NCBI GenBank assembly: GCA_900541025.1 | Contig: UQIL01000006.1 | Span: 31,519 to 95,518 of the forward strand | DNA length: 64,000 bases | Reading direction: 5' to 3' | Origin: an uncultured Collinsella sp. | GTDB lineage: Bacteria > Actinomycetota > Coriobacteriia > Coriobacteriales > Coriobacteriaceae | Shown: in pieces, positions 35,484 to 43,875 of the stretch | Position numbering within the stretch: position 1 is the stretch's first letter | Layout of the letters: every line of letters begins with the position of its first letter | Program-made: the position numbers and the translations under genes | The notes under the pieces: generated by a model | What the model saw: the letters and a program-made list of their open reading frames with translations, nothing else | Database searches by the model: none | What the model was told of the DNA's origin: nothing

Positions 35484-36671
35484 ATGACCGAGCTCCAAGA
35501 ACTCCGTCGCTATCGCCGCGATCTCCATCGCATTCCGGAGCTCGATTTCGATCTTCCGCAAACCATTGCCTATATCGAGGGCGTGTTGGCACCGCTCACC
35601 TGCGAAGTGACCCATCCGTGCCCCAACTGCGTCTGTGCTTTCTTCGACGCCGGCGTTGATGCCGCGCATGCCACGGCGATTCGCGCCGATATGGATGCGC
35701 TGCCCATCGCGGAGGCGACGGGAGCGGCCTTTGCCTCGACCCATCCCGGCAAGATGCACGCTTGCGGACATGACGGACATATGGCCATGGCGCTTGCCGC
35801 CGCGACGTATGTCGACCGTACGATTCGCGAACAGCCGGGCGCCATTAGGCGCAACGTTCTCTTTGTGTTCCAGCCGGCCGAGGAAACGACCGGTGGTGCC
35901 AAGACGGTATGCGAGAGCGGTGTGTTCGAGCGCTATGGGGCCGACCGCATTTTTGGCTTCCATGTGTGGCCCGATCTGCCCGCCGGCACGTTGGCGAGCT
36001 GCCCCGGTCCGCTGCTAGCGCGTTCGAGCGAGACGCATGTGCACATTCACGGGACGAGCATCCATATCGCCAAGACCTACGGCGTTCCCGTTGGCGAATC
36101 GCACGATGCGGCATTGGCGGCTGCCAAGTTCTTGGTTTCCGAGCGCGAACTCATGGACAAGCTGGGTGCCGACGAGCCCTGCATTGGTAAGTTCGGCTTG
36201 CTGCAGGCCGGTACCGTCTGCAATGCGGTGGCAGGGGAGGCCCATGTTGCCGGCAGCCTGCGTGTGTTTACGGACGACATGTTCGACCGTGCGCGCGAGG
36301 GCGTACGCCGTGTACTCGACGAGGCGTGCACCGCAACGGGCTGCACGTATGATCTCGACTTTGCCGAGGGCTATCCACCGGTCGATAACGACCCCGAGCT
36401 GTTTGCCAACATCACGCCTGCCTTGCCCGGGCTGCAGCTTGTAGAGGAGCCGCTGTTAATTGCCGAGGACTTTGCTTTCTATCAGCGCCATCTGCCGGGC
36501 GTGTTCTTCTTGCTGGGCACGGGTATGCCAGAGGACCAAGACAACCCGAGTGATTCGGATGGCTGCCCCGCCTATGCCACAAGCGCTCTGCATACCGATA
36601 GCATGCTCTTCGACGAGGAAATCCTACTCAAAGGCCTCGATGTCTACAAACGATTACTTTCGCTTGACTAA
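35484..36671 (+). CDS. M20D-family amidohydrolase, N-acetyl-diaminopimelate deacetylase-like by context
   Basis: RRDLHRIPELDF, HACGHDGH, 395 aa. ATG 35484 (SD GAAGGGA). Divergent from the riboswitch operon. Confidence 0.8.
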   Translation: MTELQELRRYRRDLHRIPELDFDLPQTIAYIEGVLAPLTCEVTHPCPNCVCAFFDAGVDAAHATAIRADMDALPIAEATGAAFASTHPGKMHACGHDGHMAMALAAATYVDRTIREQPGAIRRNVLFVFQPAEETTGGAKTVCESGVFERYGADRIFGFHVWPDLPAGTLASCPGPLLARSSETHVHIHGTSIHIAKTYGVPVGESHDAALAAAKFLVSERELMDKLGADEPCIGKFGLLQAGTVCNAVAGEAHVAGSLRVFTDDMFDRAREGVRRVLDEACTATGCTYDLDFAEGYPPVDNDPELFANITPALPGLQLVEEPLLIAEDFAFYQRHLPGVFFLLGTGMPEDQDNPSDSDGCPAYATSALHTDSMLFDEEILLKGLDVYKRLLSLD

Positions 36672-36773
36672 GGCGTGAAGGACTATTTGTTCTAGAAAAC
36701 ACGAACAAACGTACGATATAATAGAGATGTAAGTCTATAGAAACGTTTGACGTTACTAACGTAAGGCGATACT

Positions 36774-37055
36774 ATGATTGCATCGTATAAAGATGAGGAT
36801 ACCGAACGCTTTGCCATGGGTGTGCGGGTCAGGAGGTTCGTGCCCTTTGAGCGTGTTGCGTTGAGGAAGATTCGCCAACTGCAGGTTTGTGCTTCGCTTG
36901 ATGATCTTCGCGTTCCGCCGGGCAATCGCCTGGAAGCTTTGAAGGGCGATCGTGCCGGTCAATATAGCATCCGTGTTAACGAGCGCTATCGGGTCTGTTT
37001 TGAGTGGAGACAGGAGATGGCTTGGAATGTCGAAATCGTCGATTATCACAAGTGA
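36774..37055 (+). CDS. higB: HigB-type (RelE-like, plasmid maintenance killer) toxin
   Basis: 93 aa. ...L..L......L..L..PPGNRLEALKGDRAGQYSIRVNERYRVCF.W is the HigB signature. Confidence 0.8.
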   Translation: MIASYKDEDTERFAMGVRVRRFVPFERVALRKIRQLQVCASLDDLRVPPGNRLEALKGDRAGQYSIRVNERYRVCFEWRQEMAWNVEIVDYHK

Positions 37056-37368
37056 TGAGACTTCGGCCGATTTGCTGTCGCCGGTGACTCCCGGTGAGCT
37101 TCTCAAAGAGGAGTTTCTTGTTCCCATGGGCATTTCTCAATATCGCCTTGCGAAAGAGACCGGGATTCCGGCTCAGCGTATCGGGCAGATTGTCTTGGGA
37201 AAACGTCGCGTGACGGCCGACACCGACCTTCGCCTTTGTCGCTATTTTGGCCTGACGGATGGTTATTGGCTGCGCGCTCAGGTGGCGTTTGACCTTGAGG
37301 CCGAGAAAAGGCGGATCGAACCGGAACTGGATAAGATCGTTCCTGTCCAGCAGGTTATCGCATTGTAG
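37027..37368 (+). CDS. higA: HigA-type antitoxin (XRE HTH)
   Basis: TPGELLKEEFLVPMGISQYRLAKETGIPAQRIGQIVLGKRRVTADTDLRLCRYFG. The start is uncertain: ATG 37027 overlaps higB by 29 nt. Confidence 0.75.
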   Translation: MSKSSIITSDETSADLLSPVTPGELLKEEFLVPMGISQYRLAKETGIPAQRIGQIVLGKRRVTADTDLRLCRYFGLTDGYWLRAQVAFDLEAEKRRIEPELDKIVPVQQVIAL

Positions 37369-37397
37369 TGTTCAAAGATGTTGAGGTTGAAGTGACG

Positions 37398-37721
37398 ATG
37401 GAACGACGCCGACAGTCTGCCGTGTATAGTCCTGGTGGGTGTGGGTGTGGCTTGCTACTGCTCCCGGTTATTGCTGTGAGCGTTGGCGTGATGTTTGCGC
37501 TTGCTGGGCTTGCCGCGGCGGCGCTCGTGCTGTTTATCACTGCCATCGGCGTGACGATTTGGCTCTGCCGCAATCGCGAGCAACGCCGTGCCGACGGTAA
37601 AACCAATGTCGGCTGGGTCGTCTTCCTGATCATTGCGTACCCGCTGAGTGTCAGCTACCTGGTGTTCTTTGCCCTGTTGATGATCAGTGCCTTTACCGGG
37701 AAATCCGTCACGGTGGGTTGA
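37398..37721 (+). CDS. hypothetical small membrane protein (3 predicted TM segments)
   Basis: ORF 37368..37721 trimmed to ATG 37398. Hydrophobic stretches LLLLPVIAVSVGVMFALAGLAAAALVLFITAIGVTIWL and WVVFLIIAYPLSVSYLVFFALLMISAF. Confidence 0.5.
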   Translation: MERRRQSAVYSPGGCGCGLLLLPVIAVSVGVMFALAGLAAAALVLFITAIGVTIWLCRNREQRRADGKTNVGWVVFLIIAYPLSVSYLVFFALLMISAFTGKSVTVG

Positions 37722-37885
37722 TGCGCTGCCAGCAGACGGTCGCGCAAAGTGCGTTTGCTCGGCGTTTGGATAACTGCATTGGCCGTTTACTGCAGCCTTA
37801 GCTCTCAGCTAATGAATTCAAGTTCAATCCTTTCTACGATGTGCTGTGTGCCGGCGCGGTAGCCGGATCGTAGGAAGGATGAATA

Positions 37886-38329
37886 ATGGCAAAAGAGGGA
37901 AAGAAGCCGATCGGCAAGATTGTCCTAGGCGTCATCGTGGTGCTGGTTATCGTCGGTGCCGTGGGCTCTATGGGTGGCAATTCAACCGATTCGTCTGCGA
38001 GCGATTCGGCAAAACCTGCCGAGGCGACACAGCAGGCTGAGGAGCAAAAAGAACCGCAAGAACCGTATACCATTGCTGATGAGGCTGAAGACACCTCCAA
38101 TTAGTTTGCCTATAAGATCACGGGCACGCTGACCAATAACACGGACAAGGAAAAGAGCTACATTCAGATTGAGTATGTTCTGTATGATGCCGATGGCAAC
38201 CAGGTTGGAACGGCTCTTGCAAACACCAATCATCTGAAGGCGGGCGGCTCCTGGAAGTTCGAGGCGCTGGGTACAGTGTCTCCCGACCAGGTTGCTAGCT
38301 GGGAGCGTTCGGACGTAAGTGGTTTCTAG
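37886..38329 (+). pseudogene. FxLYD-domain membrane-anchored protein interrupted by an in-frame TAG at 38102-38104
   Basis: 37886-38101 encodes a TM anchor plus acidic linker. After the in-frame TAG the same frame continues FAYKITGTLTNNTDKEKSYIQIEYVLYDADGNQVG...WKFEALG...* to 38329. The second half has no start codon of its own. Confidence 0.65.
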
Positions 38330-38361
38330 CATGTTGCATGCACTGGGGGAGGTGAAGTCGT

Positions 38362-38784
38362 ATGCCCGATAAAAAGCTGACTGACGAGTTGCTCAATGAG
38401 CTTCTCGACGCGCCAAACATCGATGGCTATATCAAAGAACACGACTTTGCCGCCCCGTCGCTTTCGAACTACCTGAAGCAGCTACTGCAGGAAAAGGGCT
38501 TGGAGCGCTCGCGCGTGGTTCGTATGGCCGATCTCAATGAGACCTTTGGCTATCAGATCTTTACCGGTGCGCGGCATCCGAGCCGCAATAAGGTGCTGCA
38601 GATTGCCTTTGCGATGGTGCTGACGCTCAAAGAAACCAACCGTGCGCTGACGGCTGCCGGGGTAAGCGTCCTTAACTGCAAGGACCGCCGCGATGCGATT
38701 ATCATTTTTTGCATCGATCGCGGGTGCAGCCTCCAAAAGGTCAACGAGGAGCTGTATCGCTTTGGCGAGGAGACGGTGAGTTAG
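38362..38784 (+). CDS. XRE-like helix-turn-helix protein (140 aa)
   Basis: SD GGGGGAGG. The central LNETFGYQIFTGARHPSRNKVLQIAFAM...RRDAIIIFC resembles a common Firmicutes HTH family. Confidence 0.7.
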   Translation: MPDKKLTDELLNELLDAPNIDGYIKEHDFAAPSLSNYLKQLLQEKGLERSRVVRMADLNETFGYQIFTGARHPSRNKVLQIAFAMVLTLKETNRALTAAGVSVLNCKDRRDAIIIFCIDRGCSLQKVNEELYRFGEETVS

Positions 38785-38870
38785 CGGCTGATATCTGAGC
38801 CGGCGGAGCTGCCGAACAACGATGCAAACGAACGGGGCGCGGATGCCATGGGGTGTCTGCGCCCTGCGCT

Positions 38871-40262
38871 ATGATGGAGGCTATGGATACTCAGACCCCA
38901 ACATATTCCGATGACGAGCTGACCGCAGCGCTTGCCGAGCACCTGGCGTCGCTCGATTGCGACGACAGCTATCGCGTGGAGCGTGTACTTAAGCGCTCGA
39001 CCGTTGAAACAACCGAGCTCGTGTACTTTGAAGGAACCGGCGGTGGCTCGCTCGGCCCCTTTGTCCGTAAACGCATCGATGCTTCGGCTCAAATCGGCGG
39101 GGCATACGAGCGTCTGTTTGCCGTTCAGCGGGCAGGCAGGCGTTTTGAGCACCTGCCCAGAATCGTCGATTGTCGTCGTGTGGGCGACGAGCTCAACGTG
39201 GTTATGGAATACATCGAAGGGGAGACGCTCGGGGCGCTGGTGGACCGTCTGGGAGCCACCCCCGATTATGCGCGTGAATTGTATCCTGTCCTTTGCGACG
39301 CCGTGGGCGAGCTCCATGCCGGTTTTGCAATGGCGGGGGAGACGTCGGCGCCGGTGATCCATCGTGACCTCAAGCCGTCGAATATCATCGTGACAGGTGC
39401 CAACTATACGCCTGATGACGGCCTGACGTTTTCATCGCTGGTGATTATCGACCTGGGGATCGCGCGCGTATGGCACGATGGCGCCGATGCCGACACCGTC
39501 AAGTTTGGCACGCGACCCTATGCGCCGCCCGAGCAGTATGGGTTTGGGCAGACGAGCGTGCGAAGCGACGTCTACGCACTTGGCGCCCTGTTGTTCTTCT
39601 GCTTGACGGGAGTCGACCCTAAACCAGGGCTCGACATGCGCGAGCAATGCGAGGCGCGTGGCATTCCCACTCCACTTGCCGATGCCGTCTGCATGTCGAT
39701 GGCGCTCGACCCGGCCAAGCGTTTTGCGAGTGCGGAGGCATTGGGACGGGCGACGCGCGCGGCATACGACCTGAGTCGCCCCGTGCGGCCCCCTGCGCCT
39801 GCGCCTGTCCGTAATCCGGCATCGGAGACGGAGCTGACGCCCCAAGGGCTCCAGAACCCCGCAGGGCCTCCTGGCCTTGCCGCCTCCGCTGCATGCGGTC
39901 TGCTCTCTCGCGTTCCGGAGTCTCTGGGGCGCATTTGGAATACGCTCGTCTGCTTCTCGCTGCTTGTGTTCTTTGCCGGAAGTCACTTTGCCGTCTTTCA
40001 CCCCACGGGAGCAAACCAAAGCTACCCGACGTGGCTTCTCGTAATCGAGTATTTTTTCTTTGTCGATGGCCTTATGGTGCTTATGCATTTTGCGCTGCTC
40101 GATAAGCGCCGTCTTCGTCGGCGATTCGCACTGCTCGACAGCTATCGCGGCAAGAAACTCGCGAAACTCTGGCTCAAGGCATTGGGTGTGCTGCTCCTAT
40201 GCATGATCGTCATAGTCGCGGTTGCCAATGCGACTGGCGTCGTCGATACCTCCGCTACCTAA
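38871..40262 (+). CDS. Hanks-type Ser/Thr protein kinase with a C-terminal multi-TM domain
   Basis: VIHRDLKPSNIIV, DLGIAR, PYAPPEQ, then a Pro-rich linker and 3-4 TM segments. The start (38853, 38871 or 38883) is uncertain. Confidence 0.8.
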   Translation: MMEAMDTQTPTYSDDELTAALAEHLASLDCDDSYRVERVLKRSTVETTELVYFEGTGGGSLGPFVRKRIDASAQIGGAYERLFAVQRAGRRFEHLPRIVDCRRVGDELNVVMEYIEGETLGALVDRLGATPDYARELYPVLCDAVGELHAGFAMAGETSAPVIHRDLKPSNIIVTGANYTPDDGLTFSSLVIIDLGIARVWHDGADADTVKFGTRPYAPPEQYGFGQTSVRSDVYALGALLFFCLTGVDPKPGLDMREQCEARGIPTPLADAVCMSMALDPAKRFASAEALGRATRAAYDLSRPVRPPAPAPVRNPASETELTPQGLQNPAGPPGLAASAACGLLSRVPESLGRIWNTLVCFSLLVFFAGSHFAVFHPTGANQSYPTWLLVIEYFFFVDGLMVLMHFALLDKRRLRRRFALLDSYRGKKLAKLWLKALGVLLLCMIVIVAVANATGVVDTSAT

Positions 40263-40266
40263 AAGA

Positions 40267-40289
40267 AAAGGGCCCCATTGGGGCCCTTT
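40267..40289. terminator. bidirectional terminator between convergent genes
   Basis: AAAGGGCCCC-ATT-GGGGCCCTTT. Confidence 0.8.
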
Positions 40290-40299
40290 GCAGTTGCAC

Positions 40300-41433
40300 T
40301 TAGATGCGGTTCATCTGAGCGGCGACTTTGTTGTACCAGTCCTGCCACGTGGGCGGGCAGTACTTTTTGGCCGCTGCCGGGGTAAGGGTGGAGCCGTAAT
40401 TGGCGCCCAGATAGGCAACGTGAGCGGAGATGCCCTCGCTCCAGCTGCCAAAGCTGCGCCAACCGCCGCCACGGGCGCTCCAGCCCCAGGCGTTGTAAGA
40501 ATTGGCGCAATAAGCACCCTTGGTGCTCTCGATGCAGGCGATGGCGGGGGACCAACGGGGGTCGACACCGGTATTCCAAGCGGCGACGGCAAAGTTATAG
40601 CCCTGGCCTGCCATGGGGGAGCCGGCGAGATAATTGTCGATGCGGCTCGTCCACTCATTGATGAACGAATCGTAATCGGAGCTACCGGTATTGGCGTTGT
40701 TCACCGTGGTGTCGATGGTGGTGTTGGTGTTGGTGGCCTGGCTGCTGGAATTGCTGCCGCTTACGCCCTCGCCCGAGAGCTTCTCGGCGGCAGCGGCCTT
40801 ATCGGCCTCAAGCTTGGCAAGCTCGGCGGCATTTTCCTGCTCGGCTTTTGCCTGTGCCTCGCTGCGGAGCTGCTGGGCCTGAGCTAATGCATCCTCGGCG
40901 TTTTTCTGCTCTGCCTCAAGCTGAGACTTGGCCTGCTGGAGCTCAGCCTTGTTCTGCTCGAGTTCGGTTTGCATGTTATTGAGCTGTTCGATCTCGTCGA
41001 CGCTCGAGCTCGTGATCTGGTTGGTGTATTTGCAGGTCGTAATGAACTCACCCAGGCTCTGCGCGTTGACCAGGAAGCTCACGATGGGGTTGGTGCCCTT
41101 CTGATACTTGTACAGATCGCGCATGGCAGAGCTTGCCTTGGCCTGCTGCTCGGGAAGCTTAGCCTCGATTTCCTCGATGCTTGCCTCATTGGAGTCAATC
41201 TGCTTTTGCAGGTCATCGAGTTTGGTGCGGGCGTCGTTGTAGGCGCTCGTGGCGGCTTCGATCTTCTGCTGGGCTGCGGAAAGCTGGTCCTGCGTTGCCT
41301 GCGAGGCGGCATACGCCGCAACGGGGGAGAGCATCGGCGTGGCCGTCAGCGCAACGGCGAGCGCGGCGCTCGTGATGATGCGAGCCGGCTTCGACGCAAT
41401 GAGCGCTGCGGTGCGATGATTCGAATGCTGCAT
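40300..41433 (-). CDS. secreted coiled-coil protein with a C-terminal GH73-like N-acetylglucosaminidase domain (PcsB-like architecture)
   Basis: Signal-like N-terminus, about 200 aa of heptad-rich Q/A/E/K sequence, an S/T/N linker, then VDPRWSPAIACIESTKG...NAWGW...Y pattern. ATG 41433 (SD GAGGGA). Confidence 0.75.
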   Translation of the reverse strand: MQHSNHRTAALIASKPARIITSAALAVALTATPMLSPVAAYAASQATQDQLSAAQQKIEAATSAYNDARTKLDDLQKQIDSNEASIEEIEAKLPEQQAKASSAMRDLYKYQKGTNPIVSFLVNAQSLGEFITTCKYTNQITSSSVDEIEQLNNMQTELEQNKAELQQAKSQLEAEQKNAEDALAQAQQLRSEAQAKAEQENAAELAKLEADKAAAAEKLSGEGVSGSNSSSQATNTNTTIDTTVNNANTGSSDYDSFINEWTSRIDNYLAGSPMAGQGYNFAVAAWNTGVDPRWSPAIACIESTKGAYCANSYNAWGWSARGGGWRSFGSWSEGISAHVAYLGANYGSTLTPAAAKKYCPPTWQDWYNKVAAQMNRI

Positions 41434-41667
41434 CCAGTCCCTCTGCAATCAATCGTAGGTTATGGTTCGAACGGTATTTTACTACTGCTTTCGACCTCAA
41501 CTTGAACCTTAAAGGTTCCAAAGGGTCAAGTTGAACTTGAGGCTTTGGCTTTGACCTGCAGTTATGATGAATTGTTGAGAAACCATAGAGTTCAACTTTA
41601 ACGTTACAGAGCCCTGTTTGAGAGGTGTTTTGGGCTGTAAAAGCTATCTCAACGTGGGGTTTTACAA

Positions 41668-42300
41668 CTACAGCGTGCCCTCCTGACGAGCCCACTCAAT
41701 CTCTTCGAGGGCCTCGGCAGGGGTGAACGAGCAAGTGCCGTCGCCGAGCTTGACCACCTGGATGTCGTCGCCGGTATGGACCTCTCCGCCCTTTAGTACC
41801 ACGCCAAAAATGCCCTCGTGGGGAAAGATGCAGTCGCCAGCGAGATAGTAGATAGCACAGCGTGTGTGGCAGACCTTGCCGATTTGGCTGATTTCGACAA
41901 GCACCTCGCTGCCAAGCTTGAGCTGCGTGCCCAAGGGGAGCGAGAGTAGATTGATGCCCTGGGTAGTGAAGTTTTCTCCAAAGTCACCCTCGCGCACATC
42001 GAGTCCGCGAGCCTGCGCCGTCTGGATGGACTCCGCGGCCAAAAAGGAAACCTGACGGTGCCAATGCCCGGCGTGTGCGTCGGAGGCGAGGCCAAATTGC
42101 TCTATAACGGTGTCGTGTCCATCGGCGACAGGCGACTTGCGTGTGCCCTTGTGCGCCGACGTGTTGATCGAGACGATGCAGGTGGGCCTGTCGTAGGCGT
42201 CGTTTGCCGTGCACAGGGGAGCGGTCGCTTTCGCACGTTCCACCAGCTCGCGCTTCGCAGCATTGAGGATGGGATTATCGGTCAGATGGTCTTGGGGCAC
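41668..42300 (-). CDS. MOSC-domain protein
   Basis: GDFGENFTT.G, LG..L.LG and a beta-barrel pattern. GTG start at 42300 after GAAAGG. Confidence 0.8.
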   Translation of the reverse strand: MPQDHLTDNPILNAAKRELVERAKATAPLCTANDAYDRPTCIVSINTSAHKGTRKSPVADGHDTVIEQFGLASDAHAGHWHRQVSFLAAESIQTAQARGLDVREGDFGENFTTQGINLLSLPLGTQLKLGSEVLVEISQIGKVCHTRCAIYYLAGDCIFPHEGIFGVVLKGGEVHTGDDIQVVKLGDGTCSFTPAEALEEIEWARQEGTL

Positions 42301-42534
42301 GTGTGCGCCTTTCGCTCGAGGATGTCAATACGCTGAATCCTACAACAATGGTAGGTTCATTGCCCATTGTCATACAACGGTGAGCGCCGTCTTCGTGCTG
42401 GCCTTCGTGCTGGACGATTACGTCGATTGCCATAGATACGGTGGAGCTTTGGGCGCCGGCGGCTTGGCACGCTAGAATAAATCAGTTGCGCAAAGACCGC
42501 CCATTGTGTGGGCAGTTCATGATAGGAAGTTTCC

Positions 42535-43791
42535 ATGGCATTGCAATTTACAGAGCGCGAGTTCATTCCCGTGCTGCTCGGTGGCGACATCAACGCCTAT
42601 TCGGTGGCGCGCGCCTTCTACGAGGAGTACCAGGTCAAGAGTCTGGTCTTTGGCAAGTATCAGACGGGTCCCGCGTACCGCAGCCAGATTATCGACTACA
42701 CGCCCAACGTGGATATCGACACCATGCCCGTGATGCTCAAAACCGTCAACGGCATTGCCCAAGCGCATGCCGACAAGACGATTGTCCTTGTGGGCTGTGG
42801 CGACAACTATGTTGCCCTCGTGGCTCAGGCCAAGGATGCCCATGAGCTGGCGGACAACATCGTCGCTCCCTACGCGCCCTACAACATGCTCGAGCAGTGC
42901 CAGAAGAAGGAGATCTTCTACGAGCTGTGCGAGAAGCATGGCGTGCCCTATCCGCACACGTTTACCTTTACCAAGGCGATGCTCAATGCCCAGGGTGAGG
43001 CGCCTGCCGAAGTGCTCGACCAGATCGATTTTCCTTACCCGATGATTCTGAAGCCTTCTGACGGCATCATGTGGTGGCAGCACGAGTTCGAGGGCCAGAA
43101 AAAGGCCTATGAGATTGCCGACCGTGCCGAGCTGGAACAGGTCATTCGCGACTCGTATGCCAGTGGCTACACCGACGACCTGATCTTACAGGACCGCGTG
43201 CCCGGTAACGACGAGTACATGCGCGTGCTCACCAGCTATTCCGACCGCAACGGCAAGGTGCGCATGATGTGCCTGGGTCACGTACTGCTCGAGGAGCATC
43301 AGCCCCACGGTGTCGGTAACCATGCCTGTATCATCACCGAGCCCAATGACGAGCTCATGGGCGGCGTGCGCAAGTTGCTCGAGGACCTTCACTTTGTGGG
43401 CTATTCCAACTTTGACGTTAAGTACGACGAGCGCGACGGCTCGTTTAAGTTCTTCGATTTCAACACGCGTCAGGGCCGCAGCAACTACTACGTCACCAAC
43501 AGTGGCTTTAACGTTGCCAAGTATGTGGTGGACGAGTATGTGTTCGACCGCCCGTTTGAGCCGGAGTTTGTGACGGCGCAGGACGAGGCGCTGTGGATGG
43601 TCGTTCCCATGGGCGTCGTCGACAAGTACGTCAAGGATCCCGAGTTGCGCGCGAAGGTGCATCGCCTGGACAAGGAGGGCAAGGGCGCCGACCCTTCGTT
43701 TATGAAGGGCGACTTTGTCTTTAACCGCTGGCTGCGCATGTGGCACACCAAGCTGCGCCACTTTAAGCTGTTCAAGACGTATTACAAGTAG
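42535..43791 (+). CDS. ATP-grasp D-aspartate ligase (Aslfm family)
   Basis: FIPVLLGGDINAYSVARAFYEEY, MRVLTSYSDRNGKVRMMCLGHVLLEEH and NFDVKYDERDGSFKFFDFNTRQGRS match my memory of the Enterococcus faecium D-Asp ligase. It is followed by an Asp racemase gene, as in that operon. Confidence 0.8.
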   Translation: MALQFTEREFIPVLLGGDINAYSVARAFYEEYQVKSLVFGKYQTGPAYRSQIIDYTPNVDIDTMPVMLKTVNGIAQAHADKTIVLVGCGDNYVALVAQAKDAHELADNIVAPYAPYNMLEQCQKKEIFYELCEKHGVPYPHTFTFTKAMLNAQGEAPAEVLDQIDFPYPMILKPSDGIMWWQHEFEGQKKAYEIADRAELEQVIRDSYASGYTDDLILQDRVPGNDEYMRVLTSYSDRNGKVRMMCLGHVLLEEHQPHGVGNHACIITEPNDELMGGVRKLLEDLHFVGYSNFDVKYDERDGSFKFFDFNTRQGRSNYYVTNSGFNVAKYVVDEYVFDRPFEPEFVTAQDEALWMVVPMGVVDKYVKDPELRAKVHRLDKEGKGADPSFMKGDFVFNRWLRMWHTKLRHFKLFKTYYK

Positions 43792-43875
43792 ATGAGTGCG
43801 GCGCCCGTCCGGTTTGCATCGGGCGGGCGCGGGTATGATACGCGCAATTGCGCAAGCGTCACCAAGGAGGCGGCG

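Noticed and set aside
38781-39362. 193-aa minus-strand ORF overlapping the kinase gene start
   Set aside because: It is antisense to the kinase catalytic domain. It has Arg/His-rich composition and no RBS.
41450-41667. c-di-AMP (ydaO) riboswitch upstream of the cell-wall hydrolase
   Set aside because: I could not find the conserved pseudo-two-fold ACGGGGA/CCCA-type blocks. Only palindromic GTTCAA-type repeats are present.
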